Source: Lama glama
Lineage: Eukaryota
NCBI GenBank assembly: GCA_028534125.1
Contig: CM052816.1
Coordinates: 1,922,001 to 1,986,000 of the forward strand
DNA length: 64,000 nt
Direction: 5' to 3'
This document shows, piece by piece, positions 13,501 through 24,785 of this stretch. The translations under genes and the position numbers were made by a program. Within the stretch, counting starts at the first letter, position 1; the number at the start of each line of letters is the position of its first letter. A model generated the notes under the pieces. The model saw only the letters and a list, made by a program, of their open reading frames with translations. It did no database searches and was not told where the DNA came from.

Positions 13501-14624
13501 CTATGACAATCAATATCCATTCTACTTAGCTGGATATCATCATGCTTGAAAAGCAACACACAGTTTTGTATTACTGCCCATCTCAGGCTTGATTAGAATC
13601 AAGACAAAGACAGTGGCTGGATAGGGTAGAGGTACACCAGCTGAGCTTAAATCTGAAAGCAACATCAAAACACTTTTCCCCCTCCTAACATTAGAGATTT
13701 AAAACAGTCACAAGCACTCAGATTGATTAAAAGCAAAGCTGGCTCATAAGACATAACAAGGCAATGAGTGAAACTCAGTTGGATCCTGGTTAGAAAAAAG
13801 CTATCTGTAAAGGATCTTTCAGGGAGAACTTCAAAAATCTGAGTATTGGCTGGACAGTAAAAGATTTTGGGAATTATACTTCATTTTCTTAGGTGTGGTA
13901 ATGGCATCTTTCTTTTAGAAGAGACAGGTTAGAGCATTTAGAGTTACAATCTGTTGATGTCTGCAACTTACTCTCAGATATCTTAAAGGCACACACATAT
14001 GGATAAAGCAATATTCAAAACTTTAACCATTGTTCAATCTAGATGGTGAATACAGGATTAATGATTGTAATATTCTTTTAATTCTTCTGTATATTTTAAA
14101 CTGTTCAAAATAAAAAGCTGGAGCAATAAAAAGTGTTTGGGGGAAAATCTAAAAAGTCCCAACCAAAAAACTGCTGACTTGTTTCCATGTTTTTCCCTCT
14201 TGTAGTCTAGGAGGTAGAAAAAGATAAATTTATTTTGGCATTAAAACAATATAAGTTCTATTGCTTTTCCAGTTATCCATAAAAATATTTATTCAGCACT
14301 AACTATGTGTATGCATCTCTTATTTTTAACAGGGAGTTATAGTTTTATCTCTATCTGACTTTATTACAGAATAAATGTTGCCAACCAAATACCAAAGATA
14401 GAAGGAAGAGAACTAATAACATTTATGGAGGGCTTACTTTGTACCAGGAATATTAGAATACATGGTTGCATTTATTTTTCATAATAATCCTGGGAAATAG
14501 ATACTATCATTATCCCTGTTTTGCAGATGACAAATGGAGTTGTTTGTAATTTTATGCACATACGTGGCACAGGGTCCCACATTGAACAAGTGGAGGGCGT
14601 CTGAGTCTAAGAGTAAATCTCTCG

Positions 14625-15280
14625 ACACACTGCTGGTGGGAACGTAAAATGTAGCAGCCACTTTGGAAAACAGTTTGGCAGTTCCTCAAAAGGTTAAACA
14701 CAGAGTTACTGTATAACCCAGCAGTTAAATACTGCTCCTCAGTATATACCCAAGACAAATGAAAACGTGTTCACCCAAAAGCTTGCAGTACATGAATGTT
14801 GATGATATCACTATTCATAAGAGTTGAAAAGTGGAAACAACCCAGATGTCCATCAACCGATGAATTGATTGACACAATATGGTATCTCCATACAAGGGAA
14901 TTTTGGGAGGCAATAGAAAGAAATGAAGGACCTATACATGCTACAACATGGAAGAACCTTGAAAATATTATGCTAAGTGAAATAAACCAGACATGAAAGA
15001 AACCACATCTTGTATTATTTAATTTATGTGAAATATTGAGAATAGGCAAATCTGTAGGCACAGAAAGATTAGTGGTTGGCTAAAACAGGAGACGAAGGGA
15101 GAGTGACTGCTAGTGGGTACAGGGTATTTTTTTTTTTTTGGAAGGGTGATGAAAATGTTCTAAAATGGATTGCGGTGATGACTGCACAACTGTAAATATA
15201 TGAAAACCCACTGAACTTTACAATTTAAAATAGGTGTAATTTATGATATGTGACTTATACATCAATTATATCTCAAAAAG
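14625..15280 (+). mobile_element. L1MB ORF2 C-terminus and 3' end (MIR upstream at ~14415-14615; older L1 3' end at ~13720-14115)
   Basis: Peptide KWKQPRCPSTDELIDTIWYLHTREF...TTWKNLENIMLSEINQT is the L1 ORF2 tail. Confidence 0.85.
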
Positions 15281-17644
15281 AGTGACTCTTCCCTTTAATG
15301 AACCATGTTGCCTAAGAATACTGTTGTTTTCCTGTTATAATTGGCTTTCAAACTCAAACCATGGAGGTGGCCAGGTTGAATGAGATTTGATGTATCACTT
15401 AGATTCTTCTACTCAAGAGTTAACTATTTTTGAATTGGATAGAGAAAAACCTCAAAGTGCCCAGAAAATATTAGGAATGAATAAAGTGAGTGAATAAATG
15501 AATCCATGAAAATTTCTCCTTCACCCAATATTTCCAGTATTGACTAAGTTCTTTGGGTTTTGGCCCCACTATGTGTAATCTGTTAAACATAAACTCTTAT
15601 CTCTGGATCTAAAAGGTAGTGCCTAACTGGCCACCAGTTATCTGCAGATTGTTAACAAAGGACTATTTCTGTGTTAGCAAGAGTTGGTTCTATAAAGAAT
15701 TCAGAGACTAGACTTTTGGAATGGCTAGAAATACGCACTCTTCTAAACTTTGAACTGACTTCCTCCTCAATGTTGGATACAGTTACTAACTGAACGGGAA
15801 GATAACCTTTAGAGTCCTGACTGGTCTGCCATGCCGCAGTCATAAACATGCCACTTCTTTCCTTCTAGCACTCGAAGCTAATTCCTTTTATGACCAAGCT
15901 GTGGCATTTGGGTATTTTCTTAAGTTTGGTTCCAGGTACTTACCAGGTTTTTCTTCTGATCTTTTCTGGTTTGTGTGGGTTTGGGTGCCTCTAGAAATTA
16001 CTTGTCTGCATTGTGATTGCTCTTTTATTTGAGCAGATCTATTACCCAACCCCCCTGTTCTTTTTTCCTCTGCTTTTCTTTTTAGTTTGATTTGGTTACC
16101 TGCTTCTGGCAATGTAGAGCTTTCCTGAAACTGGATTAGCAGCAATAAAATAGCAGTAACCCTTTCATTACCAGAGTAATTTACTTTGCTTGTTTTGAAC
16201 TCCAGCATTTACAGGCAGCTACTGTAAAATTCAAAGATGAAAAATATATGTGACTTTTTTCTGCTTTTATAAATCCCAGACAAGTTATAGTGAGCGTTAT
16301 GGGGCTTTGAAGTCTTTTTTTCCCCCCCTTTGAAAAAGGAACGGTGAGAGCTGAGTCAAGCTTCTCTTCCATCTAAATAAAACATGCAAATCCAGTAGCA
16401 GTGCTAAATTAATATTTTCACAATTCTGTAATTCACCCTAGAAGAATGAATAAATCCAGTTAGAATCTATTTATATAGATTTTTAACTTCGTTGTATTCT
16501 GTTTCTGGCTATATGTTTCTTGATTGAGTCAGTAGTAAAATTGTTAAAACGAGGAGAAAACCAAAGGAAAGTCTTTGCTATCTTGGGCAGTTTCCTATTC
16601 CAGTCATTAGTCAGGTGGCCTCTGTAATTTCTCATTTATCAGTCTATATAGAGAGATTGATAAAACCGCCTCCTTGCCATGTAGCAGGCTTAACAATTAT
16701 TCTAAAGTATCTGAGGCACCAGGATGAAAGGTGGCTATAGTTAGGAACATAATTCCCAGAAATTTAAAAAGCTTGATGTCTATAGAGCTATCAAACTGGT
16801 AGAAGGGAAGTTACTCTGAATTTCATTGACTGATGCCTCCAGGAACTAAATTTTCTAAATGTAGAGCTTGCATTTACAATTTTAGCAAGATACAAAGGTT
16901 GCTCAGAATAGGGGGGTTACCATTTAAAGTATGTAGGCCAGAGGTTGAATTTCCAAGGAGGGCCCCTAACACAAACCTAGATTGTAGTACATTAATTTCT
17001 CTTCTAACATGCAGAAGTTGAGGCTTTACAATTTCAGGATGATCCAGTCTACTGGCAACATTTAACCTACTACTGGGTGTGTATGTCAGCATTGCCAACC
17101 TCAAAGGCCAGACTGGTTACTAGTAGCAACTAGCTCTCCAGGCACTAACCAGAGACAAAGCAAGGAACAATGTAGGTGTTTTTTTCGTTTTGTTTTGTTT
17201 TTGGAGGGGACATAGGAGAGGGGGCAAGGGGATTTGTGGAAGGTTGTGGTGAGGCAGGGGAGTAGAAAAACTGGGGAATAAGGAGTCCTGGCAAAACCCA
17301 GAAGACCAGCAACATCCTTGATTCATTCTGTGTGCGTACAGTGTGTTTGAGGCTTTGCATTGTGGGTAAGTGGGGAAGAGTTCCTGCCCTACTAAGTGTG
17401 TTGACATTTATTTAAGGTAGGAATGTTGGTCAGTATTAGAGACTTTGGCAGAACAAACAGATTTCCTTACCTTGTGAAGGGGGTGTGTACACTAACCAGT
17501 TTTGAAACTTGGACCAAAAGACAAAGCAAACACACACACACATTATTTAATTTCATACTACAGTAAAATTCTTTGAACAAATTCTTTCAACCAAGGGATC
17601 GGAATTTTTTAAGTTAAAGATCCTCAGTGAAGAGTTCCAATTCA

Positions 17645-17760
17645 TTTATTAATACATCCACTCACTTATCCAACAGAGGTTTACTGAGCGCCTAGTCTTT
17701 GCTAGGCACTGCTGAGCCATCACAGACGTGGTCCCTGACGCCAGAGTTGACAGTCTAGAC
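17645..17760 (-). mobile_element. L2 3'-end fragment abutting the promoter
   Basis: caacagaggtttactgagcgcctagtctttgctaggcactg...acgtggtccctgac...gacagtctag. Confidence 0.6.
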
Positions 17761-17859
17761 CAGTCAGTAAGGGAGTTAAAAAAAATTCTGGCATCATTGC
17801 CACTGCGGTTGCATCGGATGAGGATCAGCCCTTCCAATTCTCCTACGTGGTCCTGACAG
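17760..17859 (+). other. RNF145: Candidate upstream alternative first exon (5' end approximate)
   Basis: Perfect donor CAG/gtaagt at 17859/17860. The preceding frame reads LHRMRISPSNSPTWS*Q, resembling a human RNF145 isoform N-terminal extension as I recall it. Confidence 0.6.
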
Positions 17860-18139
17860 GTAAGTGTGGGTGTGAGCGCGTGTGGCTCCTGGTGTTTGGG
17901 GAGTGCGAGAGCGCACGTGTGTCAGAATGGCGCGTGTCACAGTGCGCGTGCAGGTGTCGGCGTGGTACGCGTCTCCTAGCAGCCGGAGCCCGGCTGTGTG
18001 GGCTGCGGGAGGCGTGTGTCTCCCTCCCACGTACCGGAGGCAGCGAGGGAACCACCCAGCCTGCGCGATTGTGAGTGAAAGCGGGCGCGCGCGGGCGGGG
18101 GAGGGGCGCCGCGCTGGCAGCGCCGCGCGCAGGCGCAGA

Positions 18140-18488
18140 GAGCGGGAGCCGGGTCGCGACCGCCGCAGAGCGCCGGGGGCGGGAGGAGTGAACCAAGGAG
18201 GCCATGGCCGCCGCCGGCTGCTGAGGAGCTCGGCCCGCGAACGCCTGCCGCCGCGGACGATGGTGACCGCACGGGTCGGGCCGCTGCCGCCGCCGCTGCC
18301 GCCGCCTCCCAAGACGCAGCATCCAAGGCCCGGCGCGGAGGAGCCGCCGCTGTGAGCCGCGCCGTCCCGGTCCCCGCCGCCGCCGCCGCCTGAGGAGGAC
18401 GGGAGGGCGGGCGAGAGAGCCGAGGAGTTGCGGAGCCCGTCCGTCCGCCGGCGGCGCCGCCCCGCGGGAAGGGAGGCCGAACCCCGAG
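18140..18488 (+). other. RNF145: Probable main non-coding first exon (5' end approximate)
   Basis: GC-rich leader downstream of the GC box and NRF1 motifs, ending at donor CCCCGAG/gtgacc (18488/18489), followed by a C-rich intronic tract. The TSS cannot be determined from sequence. Confidence 0.6.
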
Positions 18489-19563
18489 GTGACCGAGCCG
18501 GCTGCCCCCTTTCCATCCCGGATCCCCGTCCGCATCCCACAGCCTCAGCCCCCTCCCCTTCTCCTTCGCCCTCCCTTCCCCCATCCGGTTGCTCCTTCCC
18601 CCCCGTTCGCCTCCCTCTTCTCAGCATCCGTGGCGTCCACATCCCCTCTTCACCCGCAGCGCCCCCTCCTTCCCAACCGCCAACCCCTCCCGCGGTCCTC
18701 CCGGCTGCCCCACCGGCTCTCTCCGACTCTGCCCTGATCTTCTGGGGCCGCGCGCAGAGCCCCCTTTCCCAGCTCCCGGGCCTTGTCCGCCGCCTCACCA
18801 CCTCCCTACCCTCCTGGAGATAGCCCTCATCTCCCCCGGCATTCCTAAGATGCCCTCACTCTGAGCGCTCCCCCAGCCCCTCCCCAGTACCCGTTTCGAG
18901 GCCTTTTCTAAGCCCCTTCCTGTGCTGCCCCTTTCCTAGCTGCCCCTTTCCAGTTCCTTTGCTCCAGTTCCCGCTTCCAACTTTCCCTCTTTTGCGTCTT
19001 TGTCCACTTTGCTTCCAAGCTTCCCTCCCTCTTTTCTTTCGCCCTACTCTTTGGTTTGCGCAGCCTGAAACTCAGCCTCCCCCCTTTCATTCGATTTGAG
19101 GTAGTTTGGGAGTGCGGAAAGGCCTGCGAAGTCATTCGTGGAATGGGGACCCATTTGCTCTGCATCCCGTCTGTCAGTCCTTTTTTTTTTTTTCTTTTTA
19201 ACAACAGTGAGACCGCTCCTCATCTCTTACTTTTTGTCTCCATCGCTTCCTTTTCACACTTGCCATCCCTTCTGTGTTTCCTGTTCATTTTGGCATTTCC
19301 CACCTGAGGGACCCAGAGACCCTTGCCCTCCCTTCAGGAATGAGTCCCCTTTCTGTTCGGGGATGGTGAAGTTCGCCCGCGTCTTTCTTCGGAAGCTTTT
19401 GGGTGCGTGGCACGGCAGAGCCAGCACCCTTGGCCAGACAGGAGGGAAGCTCCCTGGCACGGGCCTCTTTCCTGGCAGAGTTTTTGTGAACGTAATCCTC
19501 TAGCCCCGCGGCGGCAGCGGCCCCGCTGCTGCTGCGCTGCCTGCTTTGCAGCGAGCTGGTTTG

Positions 19564-19579
19564 GGGTTACTATAGTTCA
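19564..19579 (+). promoter_or_regulatory. DR4 nuclear-receptor element (putative LXRE)
   Basis: GGGTTA-ctat-AGTTCA has two half-sites spaced by 4 nt, the same pattern as the ABCA1/SREBF1 LXREs. RNF145 is a known LXR target. Confidence 0.75.
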
Positions 19580-19843
19580 AACGCAACTGAGATCAGCAGG
19601 CGTGGGGGCGGGGGAGGAGGTGCGGGGAGAGAGGAAGGGGGCTTTGCAGTGAGAAGACATCAAAGGTTAATGGACGGCTTTGCATCGCAGTCTGCAGTAA
19701 ACAGGAAACTTGTTGGAAAGGAAAGGAGAGGGGCTGTGTCTCTTTATTTTTTAAAATACGGAGTGTGCAGTTCCGCTGAATCTTGAATCCTGCCCAAAGG
19801 ATGAGCTGTCGGTGCTGCAGTCGTGACCCAGGCTGAGCGCCCA

Positions 19844-19987
19844 ATGGCAGAGGTAGCAGTTTTTATTTCCTCTGTCTGGCTGCTTAAGTTGAAAGATGGC
19901 CCTTGTATTCAGAGTGGACTCCCTGTCTTTGCCGCTTTGGAGATGACCAGAAACCACAGAATTGCTAGTAGTTTATGTGGAAATCAG
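19844..19987 (+). other. RNF145: Candidate downstream alternative first exon (shown from first in-frame ATG to donor)
   Basis: ATG 19844 (MAEV...) is in frame with ATG 19943 (MTRNHRIASSLCGNQ); donor CAG/gtacat at 19987/19988; resembles a human RNF145 isoform N-terminus as I recall it. Confidence 0.55.
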
Positions 19988-22900
19988 GTACATACAAAGT
20001 TAGCCAGCAGTGAGTGGGAGTGGGGAGGACCAGCTATATTTAAAACGTGTGCCAATGCTTATGTAAGAAGTGCGTTCTTCTCCCGGGTATCTCAGTTTTT
20101 GGCTGAGTTTACTTATGATTTTAGGCTTTAGCTCTGCCCTCAAACATTTTCAAGGCTTACCATCCTAACATATGGACAGCCAGAAAATCTGTCTTTCTTA
20201 AGATCGGGTTTAGCTGATGGTACATCTTTTTTTTTTTTTTTTCAAATTGGATTGGACAAAGAAAGGAGACTGATGATAAATGATAGTTTTTGTTTTCCTT
20301 GTGCTGAGGGAAAAGGTAGAAACGTTAAGGCTTTAATTATCTAAGTATTGTACTGAATAATTTTAAATTGGGTTATATGGCATTCTTTTTATTTTATCTA
20401 GGAAATGTGAATTCTGTTCATTTTGGGGGGAAGGTAACATTTTCCATTTCTGTTTTTTATTTAACATAATTCTTCAACAGATGAGCTGTAATTTTAAAGG
20501 CTTTTGTTTTTCATATTGTTCAGGGTGATTTATTTGATTTCTTCACATTCAAAACCAAAATGTAATGTTTTCAGGAAAGTGTAGAATGAGGTCCCTGTGT
20601 TTCCTAACCCACAAACATGAATGGTGAGCCTTGCAAGGTTATACTTGCACAGGACATTCTTGTGTTTGTAAGTAGCAATTTGCTGCTTCCAAGCCTGGGG
20701 AAGTCATTTTATGAAATTGTGTGATCCTTTTTTGGTTAGCTTTTGTTGAGCCTTTTTTGCCGTTATTGGCAGAAAAAAAAAAGATTTTTTTTAAAGCTGT
20801 TTTACTGTGTAAAGCATCTTTAGGTTTGAGTCACACTTAGTTTTCATTACTTGCTAAGACTGTGTTGGAGTGTTACTGTCCCAGTTCTTTTCACATTTCA
20901 AGAAAGAAATTTAAGTCTTGAATGGAAGGTAAAATGTATGTAACTGAACAAGGCGTAAAGTATCTTATGTATTTGGCTTTAAGGAGTGCCAAGCCTTTGA
21001 ATTTTATTTGCCTTTTTCTTTTCTGCTTGTTTCCCAGGATACTTTGGTACTGTTTTGGTTTGAAGATAATTTTGAGCTCCCTCTGACTTACAATATGGTC
21101 ATTAGCTCTGTCCAACAATAACCGTAAGAAAAGGATAAATGAGGCTTGAACCAGACATCTTAGAAGTATACTAAGAGAGAAGTCTCCATTTGTGTTTCAT
21201 GTTTTTAATTTAGTGATTTGGCAGATGTGAGTGATTTCAGATAATATGCAAATAAGATCTATTTCAGCATTTTGTTTAGGTGTGGGTTTAGTGTGTGGGT
21301 GTTCAAGTGTAGCGTATGGTATTTACTTGTAATGGTCACCGCCCTATCGTGTGCTACTTCTACTGTAGAAAGATTTAACATTTTAAAGTTTTGGGTGAAA
21401 TGTGGGTTTTTTTCCCCCCTCTTTTCTTTCCACAGCTCTGGTGGGTAACTTTTTAGTTCTGATTTTCCATGTATTAAATTTGTTTGCTCCTTGGCTCTAT
21501 ACATGGCCAACTTGCCAATGACTTGCTAAAATATCACCCACATAGGGAAATAAATGAAACATTTAGTAGGCAATATATTTGTTATAAAATGGACATATTT
21601 CATTCTATCCAAGTCCTTCTAAAGAATTCAGACATTTGAGTCTTGAGTTTACCAGGCAATAGGGTTTAAATATCTGTCTTGAATATTCAACAGCTTTAGG
21701 GACCCAGGATTTTCTTTTTATTCTTGTTCTGTTTGTGAGGCAGGAGTAGTGGTAATTAAGAGGGAACGTGTACCATTCTGCTAATAGCCTTCTTTTGTAG
21801 TAGAGATATGGTCTTCTGTAAGAATTTGGGAGATTTTTTTTTTCCTTAGCAGTTAGGATCATGATTTTTAGTGCAGGATTGGTTATTTTGTTAGTTTAAT
21901 TTTTTTTTTTTTTACCTTTTTAAGAGCTACAATAGTGAAAGTGGGCACATTTAAAAATAACAAAACATTAAAAACAGATGAAGGCTCTAAATATTAACTC
22001 AGTAATTGTTCCTTTTTGGTTACTTACAAAAACAGTAGTGATATATATTGGATTCTAGAATACGGAAAAATACTTACTTTTCCATTATAGACTAAAGCCT
22101 GTTATTGATATTTTTATCTGGGTACATGGTAATTTTCACATGTGACTGGTGTTTCGTGAGAAAAATCTATCATTCATGTACTTTGAAATGAACTCCCAAG
22201 AGTGCTGCATTGAGTTATCAGTTTGACCACCAGAGTAAGTAGTTGCTTCCTGTGTATTTCCTTAAGTCATCTAGATGGCTTAGGCACATTACACTGTTTA
22301 CCAAGAATTTTTTTTAAGTGGTCTCACTCCCACCAAATAATACACGAGTATTCTAAAACATTTGGCAAACAAAAAGACAGAAGGGAATAAAAATCACTAT
22401 AGTGCCACTGTTGAAAGGATGTTAGTATGAATATTTTGGTTTATTATTTCCCAGAATTTTTTTTCCTTAATAATATCATGAGCTTTGAGAAATTTAGGTT
22501 CCTAAATGGCGCAATTTGTAATAAATGTTGATTAGAGATTTTTTTCAGTGCTTCTTTCCCCTTAGGACACAGCTATTTGGTTGTGATTCTCTCACAATAT
22601 TATCTTTTCCTTATATAGGAAAATAATTTAAGCGGTCTTGTTTATTTAAAGTAATCAGAATCACAGTATTTATTTATAAAAATGTTGATTCTGTGTTATT
22701 GGTAGGATATATATAACATTTGGGTTGTGGGAATGATAGATATATAATCAGGTTTTCAGTGATTGAAAACCTTATATTAATAGTGTGCTGAGTCGAGCTG
22801 CCTTTCCCCCCTCAACTATCTGAGCTAGGAGGCTATGAAAATTAGAGGGTAAAATGGAAATACCGACAAATATTTAACCATAGCATAGCAATCTGTCACT

Positions 22901-23956
22901 ATAATTTTCTGCAGAAATAAGTGTTTTCATTTGTCCTGTAATGTCTGAAATTACTGCCAAAGCTAGAAGTGTGTTTAGCTTTCTCAGCAAAATTCTTAAA
23001 AGGATATTGTCAGAGCCAACATTTCAGAATTATACTTACTCCTAAAATTGTCCTTTAACCGCTTTTGTTTGCTCTATTCTCTTTCCCATAATTCCTTGGA
23101 TTATTTTGGAGCTCTGTCGTACAAAGCAGTTTTGCGCTAAATTGTCCTTTTAGATAGTAGATTGTGTTGGAGACCCTTCATTTCCTTCCTTTTTTCCCTC
23201 GCATTCCACTACATCAACAGCTAAGGAAAGACAGGGGCTGCAGACTCACAGTGCCTGACTTCTTCCATGTGCCGGCATGTCTTTGTGTCAAGGGAAGAAT
23301 TTGATGTGCATTTTCCTACTTTGAAGGCAGGTTGTGGGGATTTCAGACTAACAGTTTAATGATTCAGGGAAACAATATTGCAAATATCATGAGTTCTCTG
23401 AATTGTGTCCTTGTCATGGAAATTCAGTACTTCAGTTTTGATTGTAAGTAATAAGGAAAAGGATAGACTGAGATGCTGTGCACTGAATGTGCAGTTATCA
23501 ATTTTTTATTGAATAACAGACTTTTTCATGTAACAACTTTTTAAAATTTGCCCTCTTTTTTTAAAAACTACATAAATCTCAAATAAAAATAGGAGTGAAT
23601 TTTTCTTTTCAAGTGAATTGAACAATGGCTACAGTGTTCTTATAGGGCGTTTTGTTTTTAAGTGCCCAGATTTGGAGTCAGGGGCTTTTTAAAAATAAGT
23701 TTTGAGGCATAAACATTTAATCAGAATCTTAAAATTGAGCAGACCTGGGAGAGTCAATGGGAAAGCACAGTACAAAGCTGATTTCTTAAATATTTAGAGG
23801 TAGTAGATGTGCCTAAGGAGCTTTTTACGTTGCAACATAACTCTGGTGTAGTATGTGACAACCCATTCGATTCATAAGAGGATATCTAAAAGATACTTGA
23901 GGTGACTAATTTTTATATATTGTCTTTTGAATTTTAGATCTGCTTCAAGAAAAAAC

Positions 23957-24140
23957 ATGGCTGCAAAGGAGAAACTGGAGGCAGTGTTAAATGTGGCCCT
24001 GCGGGTGCCAAGCATCATGCTGCTGGATGTCCTGTACAGATGGGATGTCAGCTCTTTCTTCCAACAAATCCAAAGGAGTAGCCTCAGTAACAACCCTCTT
24101 TTCCAGTATAAGTATTTGGCTCTTAATATGCATTATGTAG
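23957..24140 (+). CDS. RNF145: RNF145 coding exon 1 (exon starts 23938; ATG 23957), aa 1-61
   Basis: Translates MAAKEKLEAVLNVALRVPSIMLLDVLYRWDVSSFFQQIQRSSLSNNPLFQYKYLALNMHYV(G), the RNF145 N-terminus. Acceptor ttttag ends 23937, branch-like ctaat at 23906-23910, Kozak aacATGg, donor GTAG/gtgagt; 184 nt, phase 1. Confidence 0.97.
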
Positions 24141-24659
24141 GTGAGTGTCCATGTCACCTTTTCTAACCTGTTAGTGAGCATTCTGATTTATTTTATGTCT
24201 TTGTATATCCTTGAATTTGGGTAAAGGGAGGTCTGGTTACCTTGAGATGGCAGTGATGAATGTTTATGAATCTTGTTTATAGTGTTATTTGTCTCTCCAC
24301 TGCATATGAATCATTAGGGCCAGAGGAGAACAGACAGTGTTGGATTTATTTTACTGTATGAAACTAGGAGGCAGAAGAAAACATTTTATTTCTTAATGTA
24401 TTTTTTCTTCCTAGTTTACTGAGTTAAATTGACATACATAGAAGAAAAAATTTTAGATTTTAATATGATAAAATTAAATAATGAGAAATACTTTTCCAGA
24501 CATTTGGCTTGTTCTAATTTGTTATTATTTTGGGTTTTGGTAGTAATTCAGAAAGTAAGCTTTTTAAAATGCAGTATTCTTTATTGTTTCAAAACATTAA
24601 TATCATTTGAAGATAAAGTATTAATTTCAGTTAAATGAAATGTGAAAAATGGTATAATT

Positions 24660-24785
24660 TTTTTTGATTGTTTTTGGAGGGGGTGGGGTTACGTTTATTT
24701 ATTTACTTAATGGAGGCACTGGAGATTGAACCCAGGAACATGTGCATGCTAAGCACATGCTCTACCACTGAGCTATACCCTCCCC
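24660..24785 (-). mobile_element. vic-1-like tRNA-derived SINE
   Basis: Reverse complement GGGGAGGGTATAGCTCAGTGGTAGAGCATGTGCTTAGCATGCAC...GGGTTCAATCTCCAG carries Pol III A and B boxes, followed by an AT-rich tail. Confidence 0.85.

Larger units (their letters stand above)
17870..19640. promoter_or_regulatory. RNF145: CpG-island promoter of RNF145 (core ~17870-18800, second GC-rich block ~19350-19640)
   Basis: Very high GC and CpG density against an AT-rich background; GC boxes near 18093-18106, E-box CACGTG 17914-17919, NRF1-like GCGCAGGCGCA 18127-18137, GCC runs; about 5.5 kb upstream of the first coding exon. Confidence 0.9.

Noticed and set aside
17794..18864. Long overlapping ORFs on both strands (335, 230, 202 and 157 aa)
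   Set aside because: Low-complexity G/R/P/A ORFs expected from stop-codon scarcity in a CpG island; no recognisable domain.
17860..19700. SREBP sterol-regulatory element in the promoter
   Set aside because: I found no convincing ATCACnCCAC match by eye, only an E-box and weak look-alikes.
24703..24785. tRNA-like sequences (also near 10.4 kb and 54.2 kb)
   Set aside because: They have a SINE tail, a TSD in one copy and diverged stems, so they are tRNA-derived SINEs rather than tRNA genes.
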